64,000 nt of DNA from an uncultured archaeon (GCA_964558645.1 CAZLEV010000007.1:104254-168253); one strand, 5' to 3'. Positions 20,737 to 30,519 are shown, numbered from the stretch's first letter. The notes: generated by a model not told the origin, from the letters alone. Made by a program: numbers and translations.

Positions 20737-21027
20737 CTAGCCGCCGCCAGCAAAGATTGGAAGAAGGTCGATCTGGTCGCCATCGTTCAGAACCGTGTCC
20801 AGTCCTTGCATCCGGAGAATAGGGACATCGTTAATGTTCACCATAACATCCCCGCTTATCTTCTCTCCTTCGGGATCGTAAATGTACGTCTTGAAGACCT
20901 CGCTGTGCTTCTCAATGAGACGGTAGAAGAGGTCTCTCACTCTGGCTCCGTTGGCGAGTTCGACAGAATCACTAGTCGTTGCCATCTTTGATGCAAGCAA
21001 TCCAAAATAGTTGATGACAATGCTCAT
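20737..21027 (-). CDS. MoaD/ThiS/SAMP ubiquitin-like sulfur carrier
   Basis: Beta-grasp size; LNDGDQIDLLPIFAGGG C-terminal di-Gly. Confidence 0.9.
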   Translation of the reverse strand: MSIVINYFGLLASKMATTSDSVELANGARVRDLFYRLIEKHSEVFKTYIYDPEGEKISGDVMVNINDVPILRMQGLDTVLNDGDQIDLLPIFAGGG

Positions 21028-21091
21028 CGAATCACCCAGGTACTAGGTGTGTTAATCCAAATTGTTTTTCAACATTTCGACTGTAGCATCA

Positions 21092-22186
21092 TCATCGGGG
21101 GGGTTCTATCTTATCTGTTCCTCTCATGACAAGGTCTGCAATCACGACTGCAGCAAGACATTCGACAACTGGCACCGCTCTCGGAACTATGCAGGGATCA
21201 TGCCGACCTTTTATACGAATCTCTGTGTTCTGTCCAGTTTCAAGATTCACTGTGCTTTGCGGCCCTGCGATGGAAGGTGTAGGCTTGAAAGCCAACCTGA
21301 ATACAATTGGCTGACCATTTGAAATTCCACCGAGGATTCCACCAGCGTCGTTCTTGAGTAATATCACTTTCCCGTTCTGGATTGCAAGAGGATCGTTGTT
21401 TTGGGAACCTTGACTGGCTGCACTGGAGAAACCCGCCCCGAACTCGATACCCTTTGCTCCGGGAATAGCAAACATCGCTTGGCTCACTACGCTCTCTATG
21501 GATCCGAAGAGAGGCTCACCCACGCCGACTGGAACACCCAGGATTCGGCATTCGATAATGCCGCCGATCGAATCTCCTTGACGCTTCACCCTCGCAATCT
21601 CCTTGGCCATTTCAAACGAGATTTTGTGGTCGGCACACCTGACCGCATTAGCATATGTTTGGGATCTGATTTCTTGATTAGTAGCCGGTGTATGGATTTT
21701 CACGTTACCAACTTGGACGACATGTGCAATCACCTCGATTCCAGCCCCTGCAAGCAGCTGCTTCGCAACGCTTCCGGCAGCAACCAGTGCAGCCGTCATT
21801 CTTCCTGAGAATACGCCGCTACCACGGTAGTCATTCTTTCCGTTGTATTTAATTCGGGCAGTATAATCGGCGGTACCTGGCCGAGGGGTGTCCTTAAGAT
21901 TGTCATAATGTGACGAGTTCGCGTCTGTATTGGGAATCGTCATGACCAAGGGGGCCTCCGTCGTCATCCCGTCAAACAGGCCGCTCAATACTGATATGGA
22001 GTCCATTTCTCTTCTTGCAGAGGTCAGCTTTCCTTGGCCTGGCCTTCGATGGTCTAAATCACTTTGGATGGCTTCCAAGTCAATGCCAAATCCCGGTGGA
22101 CACCCTTCTATGATGACACCAACGCAATTTCCATGCGACTCTCCGAAGACATGTATCTTGAACTTCTGGCCGAATGTGAATGTCAT
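21092..22186 (-). CDS. aroC: Chorismate synthase
   Basis: FGESHG, RPGTAD, FKPTPSI and GRHDPC. Confidence 0.95.
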   Translation of the reverse strand: MTFTFGQKFKIHVFGESHGNCVGVIIEGCPPGFGIDLEAIQSDLDHRRPGQGKLTSARREMDSISVLSGLFDGMTTEAPLVMTIPNTDANSSHYDNLKDTPRPGTADYTARIKYNGKNDYRGSGVFSGRMTAALVAAGSVAKQLLAGAGIEVIAHVVQVGNVKIHTPATNQEIRSQTYANAVRCADHKISFEMAKEIARVKRQGDSIGGIIECRILGVPVGVGEPLFGSIESVVSQAMFAIPGAKGIEFGAGFSSAASQGSQNNDPLAIQNGKVILLKNDAGGILGGISNGQPIVFRLAFKPTPSIAGPQSTVNLETGQNTEIRIKGRHDPCIVPRAVPVVECLAAVVIADLVMRGTDKIEPPR

Positions 22187-23487
22187 ATCTTTCCTCCTGA
22201 CAGTGTGTAGTTATTTGCGAGCTCAATTCTCCCTCCAAGAGTCTGAATGTCTCGGATGAAGTTGGGATAGCTCTTGCTTATGCATTCTACACCTTCTACC
22301 ACGGTGTTTCCGTCAGCAATCATACCTGCAAGAATGCAAGTCATCGCTATGCGATGATCGTTGTGGGAGTCAAGCGTGGCCCCCTTAAGCGTCGTGGGTC
22401 CTCTAATCTCAAGACCATCATCATTGATACTGATGTTAGCTCCCATTTTCCGGAGTTCAATGGAGATAGAAGCCAAGCGATTGCTTTCCTTGTAACGCAG
22501 CCTTGCCGCATTGTAGATTCGAGTTGTCCCATGCGCTTGAGTTGCAGCCAGGGTCAACACAGGGACAATATCTGGTGTTTGGCTCACGTCGATTGCGAGA
22601 GCCCGTAATTCTGAAAGACCAGTGGAGATGCTACGTCCTGTGTTTCTTACTGAAGCACCCATTTCATTGAGAATGTTGATGATATGGGCATCGCCCTGTT
22701 TCGAATCGCGTTTCAATCCAGTTACTCTGACATTCCCCCCTAGTGCTCCAGCGACCATCAAGAACGCTGCAGATGAATAATCACCTTCGACGTCAAACTC
22801 GTCTGAGTGGTACTCCTGGTTTCCAGGCATATGGATGTATTTCCAATTATCTGCTGCTTCGGAATAGACTCCAAAATGTGCCATCGTTTCAAGTGTAAGT
22901 TCGACGTAGGGCTTGGACGCCAACTCTGTTGTGATTTCTAGTGTTGTGTCTCCGACAGCCTTAGAGCATGCAAAGAGGAGGCCTGAGATGTACTGAGACG
23001 AAACATCCCCACGAATCCTGACAGAGCCTCCTCTCAGAAGTCCTCCGTGGACTTCTACGGGGGGCCGCCCGTTCGAGTTGATTGACTTCGCGTTTACGCC
23101 CAGTTGACGCAGACCGGAAACGAGATGTTTGATGGGTCTTCTGGACAGAGTCTTATCTCCTGTCAACACACATCTTCCATCTGCTAAGGCAGAAAGTGCA
23201 GTGAAGATCCTAAGAGTGGTGCCGGATGCCCGGCAATGCATTTCCGAGGCAGGAGCACGTAGTCTATTCGGCCCAGTTATCTCCGTGGTGATGCCCCTGC
23301 GAATATCTGCGCCCATCATGCTCGCGTTCTGTAGTGTGACTTCGGTATCGTCGCACAACAGAGGGTTGTTGATTCGTGTCGTTTCTGGAGAGAGAAGTCC
23401 GCATACAATAGCTCGATGTGTATGACTCTTTGACGGCGGAGTGCAGACAGTTCCGTCAACTTCAGAATTCCAGACATTTGCCCTCAG
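22183..23487 (-). CDS. aroA: EPSP synthase; probable CTG start at 23487
   Basis: PPSKSHTHRA lies in frame upstream of the tracked start; SSQYISG, RYKESNR, DHRIAM and KSYPNF motifs. Confidence 0.9.
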   Translation of the reverse strand: MRANVWNSEVDGTVCTPPSKSHTHRAIVCGLLSPETTRINNPLLCDDTEVTLQNASMMGADIRRGITTEITGPNRLRAPASEMHCRASGTTLRIFTALSALADGRCVLTGDKTLSRRPIKHLVSGLRQLGVNAKSINSNGRPPVEVHGGLLRGGSVRIRGDVSSQYISGLLFACSKAVGDTTLEITTELASKPYVELTLETMAHFGVYSEAADNWKYIHMPGNQEYHSDEFDVEGDYSSAAFLMVAGALGGNVRVTGLKRDSKQGDAHIINILNEMGASVRNTGRSISTGLSELRALAIDVSQTPDIVPVLTLAATQAHGTTRIYNAARLRYKESNRLASISIELRKMGANISINDDGLEIRGPTTLKGATLDSHNDHRIAMTCILAGMIADGNTVVEGVECISKSYPNFIRDIQTLGGRIELANNYTLSGGKI

Positions 23488-24005
23488 AGTCCAAGCCTCC
23501 TTCGAATATGATCTACAGTTTCACTCACACCCATTGTGTCCGTACAGACTTCTATGTCCTTGATGGCATCGTACAACCTACTTCTCTTTGCGAGAAGCTG
23601 TTTCACCTGCTCTATGCGTTTAGTTTCGTCCTCAGGCAAGAGCGGGCGGAGCTCAGAGGACCTAGCCCTTGCAGCGATTGTGGCAACAGACGCCCTCAAA
23701 AGAACAACCTGTGTGCGCTTGCTTATGATTTCGGAACTAGAAGGATATAGGAGTGCCCCACCACCAAAACTGATGACAGCGGAGTTGATTTGGCACACAT
23801 CCCTTACAACTCTCGCCTCAATCTCTCGAAAAGCCATTTCGCCAGATTCCGAAAAGATCTCACTAATGGATTTGCCTTCTTGGTGTTCGATTATCTGATC
23901 AGTATCACGAAATTCTCTCCCCAAGCTTGCGGCTAGTGCCTTGCCTATAGTGGTCTTCCCAGTAGCCATGAATCCAATCAGTCCGATGTTCGTCATACAA
24001 TCCAC
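23484..24005 (-). CDS. aroK: Shikimate kinase (bacterial AroK type)
   Basis: GFMATGKTT, GEMAFREIE, GGG and RPLL. Confidence 0.93.
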   Translation of the reverse strand: MDCMTNIGLIGFMATGKTTIGKALAASLGREFRDTDQIIEHQEGKSISEIFSESGEMAFREIEARVVRDVCQINSAVISFGGGALLYPSSSEIISKRTQVVLLRASVATIAARARSSELRPLLPEDETKRIEQVKQLLAKRSRLYDAIKDIEVCTDTMGVSETVDHIRRRLGL

Positions 24006-24856
24006 TAACTGTTTCCCCCTTTCAGGGCTTTGAGCACTGCCTTCTTCATAACATTGATTGGTGCCTTCTTACCGGTCCAAATCTCGAAAGAAGCGGCTCC
24101 TTGTTGCACAAGCATAGTCAACCCATTGATGGTCTTACATCCAGATTCCTGTGCCTTTCTAAGAAGCTGAGTGCGCAGAGGGTTGTAAATTAGATCCATG
24201 ACAATGTCAACTCTCGAAAGCACCTCTGCAGGAATCGGGGTATTGTCACTAGAATGCCCTGTCATTCCAACAGGAGTACAGTTTACCAGAAGACTTGATT
24301 CCGCAAGTTTGTTCTCAATTCTTTCTAGATTATGGCACTTCACTTCAGTTCTACTTCGCATTCGAACCAGATTTGCCAGACTCCTGGCCTTTGGTAGTGA
24401 CCTATTGAAGATGGTCAGCTCCTTCAACCCGGACCTGGCTAACGAAAATGAAACAGCTCTTGCAGCTCCACCGGCACCAATCAGTGTTGCCTTCTTGGTT
24501 TGAAGACTCACATCCGCCTCTTCAATCGCTCTCTCAAAGCCCCTCACATCTGTATTGCATCCCACAACTGTCCCTTTCTCTCGATAGAGCGTGTTTACAG
24601 AACCCACAGCAAATCCGATATTCGAAACAACCGGGACATGTTCTATGATTCTCGATTTGTACGGTATTGTGATGTTTGCTCCTTGTAGTTGGCCGGTAAG
24701 AATCGACTGGACTAGATCGGGCAGCCGAGCACCTTCCAAGACACAAGCTCGATACTCAAACTCGTTAGATAATCCCAGTGCAGAAAAAGCTGCATTATGC
24801 ATTACCGGACTCATTGAATGCTCCAGCGGATATCCCACAACAACGAATCTTTTCAC
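24005..24856 (-). CDS. aroE: Shikimate dehydrogenase
   Basis: HSMSPVMHN, NITIPYK, NTD, GAGGAA and DLIYNP. Confidence 0.95.
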   Translation of the reverse strand: MKRFVVVGYPLEHSMSPVMHNAAFSALGLSNEFEYRACVLEGARLPDLVQSILTGQLQGANITIPYKSRIIEHVPVVSNIGFAVGSVNTLYREKGTVVGCNTDVRGFERAIEEADVSLQTKKATLIGAGGAARAVSFSLARSGLKELTIFNRSLPKARSLANLVRMRSRTEVKCHNLERIENKLAESSLLVNCTPVGMTGHSSDNTPIPAEVLSRVDIVMDLIYNPLRTQLLRKAQESGCKTINGLTMLVQQGAASFEIWTGKKAPINVMKKAVLKALKGGNS

Positions 24857-25542
24857 AGGAGCACCTTCACAATTTTTCTCATCTGTGACAGGCTCATCTG
24901 GCCTGGAGCTGCTCGCCTTTGATTGTCCATAGAAACATACATGAATGGGGCACCCATGAGCAACGCATAGAGCCTACTGAGTCGCCCGAGGCGCCCCATT
25001 GCGAATGCAATCAGCGAATGTCGATTGTTGTGTTCAGCATCGTAGAGATGCATGATTCTTCGACAGTCATCGATTGAACTAGGGGTAGTCACTATCTTAA
25101 TAATGTCCGGATTTTGGATCAGCATACGGTCCCGCATCGAGGCAAGTTCACAATACTCAGGAGTGAAACTTTGATAGTGTTTTGATGCAATCAAGCGGCG
25201 ATTGAGAGATTTAGCTCTCTTTTTGACGCGTTCAAACAACTCTGCCTCAGTTTCCACCTCGACATCCACATATGAAGCGCCGGCATCTATGCCCTCAAGT
25301 AAGTGCCCAATCCGATCCTGCTCGCTACCTTTGTAATGGCCGCCATTCCCTAAAGATCTGCAAGTGGCAATAATCGGGGCACTGGATGCACCGTATATCT
25401 CATCTAAGTCTTCAATCTTGCACATAAAGTCCATTCGATGTTCGATCAGCTCTGCGTCACATGCTCTTACAAACTCGATGCACCTAGGTGCGTTTTCTGC
25501 CGTCATTGATACACAAAGTTTCATCGTCATCTCCCTATTCAC
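24853..25542 (-). CDS. aroD: Type I 3-dehydroquinate dehydratase
   Basis: EHRMD, IATCR, KIV, AMGRLGRLSR and APGQ. Confidence 0.92.
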   Translation of the reverse strand: MNREMTMKLCVSMTAENAPRCIEFVRACDAELIEHRMDFMCKIEDLDEIYGASSAPIIATCRSLGNGGHYKGSEQDRIGHLLEGIDAGASYVDVEVETEAELFERVKKRAKSLNRRLIASKHYQSFTPEYCELASMRDRMLIQNPDIIKIVTTPSSIDDCRRIMHLYDAEHNNRHSLIAFAMGRLGRLSRLYALLMGAPFMYVSMDNQRRAAPGQMSLSQMRKIVKVLL

Positions 25543-26627
25543 TCCTCAGTGTGGATATCGCCGCCAGAAACAGTGGTTCCTAGTGCAACTAGCTGAGTTC
25601 TTCTTTCTGCAGGAAGTCTGAAGCGTTGAGGCATCATCTCGCGTCGAGCAATGTCTGTCATGAATTCTCGAAACATGACAGGAGTGAGTGACTGGGGTCC
25701 ATCAACCAAAGCCTCCGTCGGATTCGGGTGAACTTCTATCATGACTCCATCAGCTCCAACAGCAAAACCCGCTCTAGCAAGAGGAATTACCAGGTTTCGC
25801 TTTCCAGCCGCATGACTGGGGTCAACAATCACCGGTAGGTGTGTCAGACTCCTCAATTCGGGAATAGCACACAAATCCAGTGTGAACCTGCTATACTGAT
25901 TGTACGTCCTCATTCCTCGTTCGCACAGTATTACCTGATTATTTCCTTCTGCCATCACATATTCTGCTGCAGAAAGGAGTTCAGTCAGCGTAGCCCACAT
26001 ACCTCGCTTCAATAAAACGGGTTTACGCGACCGACCTGCACGCTTGAGTAGAGAGTAGTTCTGCATATTTCTGGCTCCAATTTGAATGATGTCTACTGCT
26101 GCCTCTACAGCGGGAAAGCTCTCTGTATCTACGGCCTCAGAAACTACGGGAAGACCAGTTCGCCGTCGAGCCTCAGCCAGCAGGCTCAAGCCATGGTTGC
26201 CCAGACCCTGGAAAGAATAGGGCGAGGTCCGTGGTTTGAAGGCACCTCCTCGCAGGATGTCGCCTCCGCATTCTTTTACCAACTGAGCCGCTTCTATCAT
26301 CTGATCCATGGATTCAACACTGCACGGTCCTGCAATGACCACAGGTCGTTTACCCCCAATCTCACATCCACCTACTTCTACTACAGTTCTTTCAGGATGC
26401 ACTTCAATGTCTGCTAATCTATATGGTTTAGTTACACGAATGACTCTCATTACACCGGGCATTCCCGTGAAAGAGGAAACGTCTTGTACTCTCACATCTC
26501 CTGTGACGTTTATCACGGTTCGACTAATCCCGGGATTGACATGGCTCTTATAGCCCAGTTTCTCGATTCTTTCCAGGACTTCCGTCATTTGTTCGTGTGT
26601 TGCATTTGCGTACAGTATTACCAGCAT
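25539..26627 (-). CDS. aroF: DAHP synthase type I-beta with N-terminal regulatory domain
   Basis: IAGPCSVE, FKPRTSPYSFQG, QIGARNMQN and DPSH. Confidence 0.95.
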   Translation of the reverse strand: MLVILYANATHEQMTEVLERIEKLGYKSHVNPGISRTVINVTGDVRVQDVSSFTGMPGVMRVIRVTKPYRLADIEVHPERTVVEVGGCEIGGKRPVVIAGPCSVESMDQMIEAAQLVKECGGDILRGGAFKPRTSPYSFQGLGNHGLSLLAEARRRTGLPVVSEAVDTESFPAVEAAVDIIQIGARNMQNYSLLKRAGRSRKPVLLKRGMWATLTELLSAAEYVMAEGNNQVILCERGMRTYNQYSRFTLDLCAIPELRSLTHLPVIVDPSHAAGKRNLVIPLARAGFAVGADGVMIEVHPNPTEALVDGPQSLTPVMFREFMTDIARREMMPQRFRLPAERRTQLVALGTTVSGGDIHTEE

Positions 26628-26629
26628 TG

Positions 26630-27709
26630 TTATTCCATCCTTCTATTCGGTATCAAAGATCCCCCATCAACCATCATCATCTTGGTCCGTCCTATGTCAA
26701 CGAGTACGGGAACCCTGAGCTTATCTCGCCTGATTTTCTTGTCTTGTCGAATGGCTAACTCCATCTCGTCTGCATCGAAGGTAGGGGGTATCTCGGTAGG
26801 CAGCTCAAACATCGATAGAGTAGTAATCAGCAGTTCAAGTGAATCAGTATCAAACAGGCCCAATCTGGCCGCGAAGCGGGCTTCTTCCGCAATTCCAATT
26901 GCCACAGCGAATCCGTGCGGGAGTCTGTATCCTGCACAGACTTCTATTGCATGACCGACTGTGTGTCCATAGTTGAGAACCTCTCTCTCGCCTTTCTCCT
27001 CTCTTTCGTCCTCTTCAACAATCTGCGCCTTAGTCCTCAGGCACTTCTCAACAACCAATGCGAGTACTTCAGGTGTTCTCGAAAGGATATCCTGCCTATT
27101 TCCACGGATAAGCTCGAATAGATCCTTATCCAATGATACCCCATATTTGATGACTTCCGCAAGACCACTTCTGAATTCGCAAGTAGGCAGAGTCCCGAGA
27201 ACACAAACGTCGGCAATGACAGCGTGCGGTTGGTAGAATGTCCCTACAAGGTTCTTACCATGGGGTAGGTTTACTGCGGTCTTGCCTCCTATGGCGGAGT
27301 CTACTTGGGATAGTAGCGTTGTTGGAATCTGTACCAAACGCATTCCACGTTTGAATGTTGATGCCACAAAACCCGCCAGATCTCCAATGACGCCTCCCCC
27401 AAGTGCGACAACAACATCTGACCGTGCCGCAGTGTTCTTGGCGAAGAAATCGTAAATTTCCCGTGCTATCTCAAGGGATTTCATAGCCTCTCCCTGTTTG
27501 ACTGCCTTGGTGAATGACTTGAGTCCTACCTCCTTCATACCTCTTGAGAGTGGCTCGAGAAGTAACTCTGCTACGGTATCGTCAGTCAAGATAAAGGCTC
27601 TATCCCCTAAGTCAGCAATGAACTCACTGGCATTCTCTACTAGGTCCTGGCCGACAATGACCGGGTAGCTCCTACTTGTCGCTGTTACATCAAAAGTAGT
27701 ATATTTCAT
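26630..27709 (-). CDS. aroB: 3-dehydroquinate synthase
   Basis: GGGVIGD, PTTLLSQVDSAIGGKT and LNYGHTVGH. Confidence 0.95.
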   Translation of the reverse strand: MKYTTFDVTATSRSYPVIVGQDLVENASEFIADLGDRAFILTDDTVAELLLEPLSRGMKEVGLKSFTKAVKQGEAMKSLEIAREIYDFFAKNTAARSDVVVALGGGVIGDLAGFVASTFKRGMRLVQIPTTLLSQVDSAIGGKTAVNLPHGKNLVGTFYQPHAVIADVCVLGTLPTCEFRSGLAEVIKYGVSLDKDLFELIRGNRQDILSRTPEVLALVVEKCLRTKAQIVEEDEREEKGEREVLNYGHTVGHAIEVCAGYRLPHGFAVAIGIAEEARFAARLGLFDTDSLELLITTLSMFELPTEIPPTFDADEMELAIRQDKKIRRDKLRVPVLVDIGRTKMMMVDGGSLIPNRRME

Positions 27710-28590
27710 GGGACCACCTCAGATGTTATCTGATCTTCTAACATGCACAGGACGCGATACATGTCGCTATAGCTTTGAGTCAAATCTACAGTCCTTCCGA
27801 ACTCTGCTTTGATCCCCCTACAAAACTCTCCAAAACCTTCCCCTTCCCCATTGAGGTCTCTTAGACCTGACGCTGTATGGTCGTGGAACTTCTTCAGAAT
27901 TTCAAATGCGTGGCTGTTTCGTTTATGTAGGCCCTCATGCAAAGCGCAAGCATTGAACATCACTCCTCCGGTGAGCATCAGCTGCATCCTGAAGGTCGTC
28001 CCTCCTAGTTTCTGTAGAGTGGTTATGTTTTCGTTTCGGAGGACTGACGCAATAATCAGATTAACAAAGTAAGGTAGAGAGATCGTGAGGGCCATGATTC
28101 TATCATGTTCTTCTGAATCAACAACAATAATCTCAAAATCCGGGAACAGACGCCTAGCAGTATCTAATTCCTTGTTCTTGTTGATAAGGGGTATGAGGGC
28201 CATCCGCTTCTTCAGAATCTCCGCTCCCTCTCCAAACAATGGATGTACACTCAGTAATCTGACACCATGCTGCTTCAGACTGCGTAGTGTTGCTGGTATT
28301 CCCGCCTTGATTGAGGAGATCTCACAGAGAACTGCCTCTTTCTTCATTCTCGGTATGACTTCTCTAATGACTGCGCCAGTGCTCTCCATCGGAACCGAGA
28401 TTATGGCCACATCAGCGTTGGATACGGCAGTGGTGTTGTCGTTCACGACTCGTATGCCAAGTTCTTTCTCTAAATGCTTGATACTTGGTGCCAACGGGTC
28501 TGATACGATTATATTGCTCTTGTATGAGGAGAAGTAGTTGACAAGCAGCTTCCCCATTCTTCCAGCACCTCCTACTATTGCCACATTCAT
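27706..28590 (-). CDS. tyrA: Prephenate dehydrogenase
   Basis: MNVAIVGGAGRMG Rossmann start at an ATGA overlap; SSIK, HPLFG and EHDRIMA. Confidence 0.9.
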   Translation of the reverse strand: MNVAIVGGAGRMGKLLVNYFSSYKSNIIVSDPLAPSIKHLEKELGIRVVNDNTTAVSNADVAIISVPMESTGAVIREVIPRMKKEAVLCEISSIKAGIPATLRSLKQHGVRLLSVHPLFGEGAEILKKRMALIPLINKNKELDTARRLFPDFEIIVVDSEEHDRIMALTISLPYFVNLIIASVLRNENITTLQKLGGTTFRMQLMLTGGVMFNACALHEGLHKRNSHAFEILKKFHDHTASGLRDLNGEGEGFGEFCRGIKAEFGRTVDLTQSYSDMYRVLCMLEDQITSEVVP

Positions 28591-29984
28591 TGCAGAACAC
28601 CCTCCATGGCCTTTACAGCCCTGACGATGACGTCTTCTGGTTGACAAACTGATACTCTGAAGCAGTCTGAGTAGCCTGGACCATACGTTGAGCCGGGAGT
28701 GACACACACACCAGTTTCCGCGAGGAGGCGCTCTGCAAACTGAACGCCGTCCATATCACTCCGAGCTATCCTTGGGAAGACGTAGAAGCCTCCTTGTGGT
28801 GGAGCGAAGGACACCGGTAGCCGAGCCAGATGAGCAGATAGAAGGTTCAGCCTCCTGGTCACGGTCTTCACATGATGGCGTAACTCGTCATCGCAGTCAA
28901 GTGCAGCAATGCCTGCATGTTGAATGAATTCTGGGGTGCTGGTGAGGCACAGATTCTGCAGTTTCGTCATCTCATCGATTGTGTCCTTGTCAGACACAGC
29001 ATAGCCCAGTCGAAAACCAGTCATTCCATAGCTCTTGGAGAAAGAATTCACGTAGATGTGTTTGCTGTTCGTGAATTGAAGTATGCTTGTCGGACGTATG
29101 AGTGAGAAATCCGAGTACACTTCATCACTAAGAATAGAAATATCCCGTGATTCAGCAAGCTCCACAATCTGACTGAATGAGTGCCGTCCAATAACCTGAC
29201 CTGTAGGATTAGCAGGAGAGTTCAGAATAATCATAGTTGTGGTGCTGTTTATGGCATCCTCTAACTCACCCAAGTTGGGAATCCAATTATTGTCGATTTG
29301 AGTGGAAACGTGGACAGGTGTTGCACCCGTTGCCTTTACAACATCATCATAGGCTGGGTACGAAGGATCAAATATAATCACTTCATCTCCTGGACTACTA
29401 TTTGTGGTAACACCCAAGAAGAGTGCGAATCTTCCGCCTGTGGTGATGAGGACCTCATCTGCTGAGATTCTTGTGTTATGCTGCTCGCCGAGATGGTCGG
29501 CGACCTTTTTTCGAAGAGCGTAGATACCCGCCGATGCTGTGTATCGAGTTAGGCCCTGTGAAACAGCTTCCATCATTGCCTTCCTGACTGCATCTGGTGG
29601 ACCAAAGTCAGGCTCCCCGATTTCAAGATGGGTGATAGGTCGTCCAGTCTTCTCTAAGGCCTTGGCCTTCTGCCATATGTCGTATGCTGTCAAAGGTGCT
29701 GAAGGCCGTATGATTTGGCGCTGAACGTTCTTTGATTCCGCAATCAGGAAATTCAGCAGTCTCAGAGCGAATCCTTTGTCATGATTGTCAGAATCACATT
29801 GATTGACCACCGATATCCTGAGATCACGCTCAACTTCCTTATTCAGCACAGGATTTCCGAGCCGTGACTTTGCGTGAGCCACCTCCAAAGCAAGACAAGT
29901 ACGTTTTCCTGCTAGAGAAACGATCTCCAACGTCAGTTTCTTGATTAGATTCCTTGTTCCTCGTAGCTTCGCGTTTTCATCCAA
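28587..29984 (-). CDS. Chorismate mutase (AroQ)-class I aromatic aminotransferase fusion
   Basis: N-terminal LRG…KR…VAHAK…PV…E mutase helices, then IGEPDF, NSPANPTG and SFSKSYGMTGFRLG; TTG 29984 follows a GGAGGTG SD. Confidence 0.85.
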   Translation of the reverse strand: MDENAKLRGTRNLIKKLTLEIVSLAGKRTCLALEVAHAKSRLGNPVLNKEVERDLRISVVNQCDSDNHDKGFALRLLNFLIAESKNVQRQIIRPSAPLTAYDIWQKAKALEKTGRPITHLEIGEPDFGPPDAVRKAMMEAVSQGLTRYTASAGIYALRKKVADHLGEQHNTRISADEVLITTGGRFALFLGVTTNSSPGDEVIIFDPSYPAYDDVVKATGATPVHVSTQIDNNWIPNLGELEDAINSTTTMIILNSPANPTGQVIGRHSFSQIVELAESRDISILSDEVYSDFSLIRPTSILQFTNSKHIYVNSFSKSYGMTGFRLGYAVSDKDTIDEMTKLQNLCLTSTPEFIQHAGIAALDCDDELRHHVKTVTRRLNLLSAHLARLPVSFAPPQGGFYVFPRIARSDMDGVQFAERLLAETGVCVTPGSTYGPGYSDCFRVSVCQPEDVIVRAVKAMEGVLQ

Positions 29985-30114
29985 TATCAGACCACACCTC
30001 CAGAAAAGCAAAGCCATACTCTCCGATAAATGACCAATAAACTTGTGACCACGCTGGGTATTTCGATAGAATCGGCATTTGGACTTCTGACTTCTATAAA
30101 CATAAGACACCACC

Positions 30115-30199
30115 AAAACGAAAAGGCTCGACACAGAGGTCGATATCGTCAGTAGCGTCTCGACTTACAGATAATAACTATAATAGCCACTATACTGAC
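30115..30199 (-). promoter_or_regulatory. Putative attenuator RNA with alternative pairings and a U-tract
   Basis: GUCAGUA/UACUGAC (1:2), GUCGA/UCGAC (2:3) and UCGAC/GUCGA (3:4), followed by UUUUCGUUUU. Confidence 0.6.
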
Positions 30200-30245
30200 A
30201 GGATTTCCCTGTCGTACGGATGTTTGCGGCTATTCCTCTGTTCAT
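30165..30245 (-). CDS. Tyr-rich leader peptide MNRGIAANIRTTGKSCQYSGYYSYYL
   Basis: ATG…TAA over 27 codons; five TAT codons among the last nine sense codons; directly upstream of the Tyr operon. Confidence 0.75.
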   Translation of the reverse strand: MNRGIAANIRTTGKSCQYSGYYSYYL

Positions 30246-30279
30246 CGAAACGTTCACTGAGCCCGTTCACGACCGTTAC

Positions 30280-30297
30280 CCCTAATATACTTTGTCG
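30280..30297 (-). promoter_or_regulatory. Candidate BRE/TATA for the leader-aro transcript
   Basis: CGACAAAGTATATTA lies about 40 nt upstream of the leader ATG. Confidence 0.4.
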
Positions 30298-30519
30298 GTA
30301 GAATTTCACTTTCGATACGTTCATTTTGTCATATTGATGGACGAAGCGCACGGACTATGCACACGGGTTCCAAGAGCGTCGAGAGCTACTTGACCACGAC
30401 TGCTTTTCGTTGATGCCGTTTCCAGAGTTACTAAGTTTGGGCATCTACTCCTTCATGGTAGTATTTGGATAAATTCTATATTGCACCAATGCATAGATGC
30501 ACAGCAGGTCGCTGTGAAC

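Noticed and set aside
29985-30134. Tracked N-terminal extension of the CM-aminotransferase (and likewise of tyrA to 28707)
   Set aside because: SD position and gene overlaps indicate starts at 29984 and 28590; the extension runs into the leader RNA
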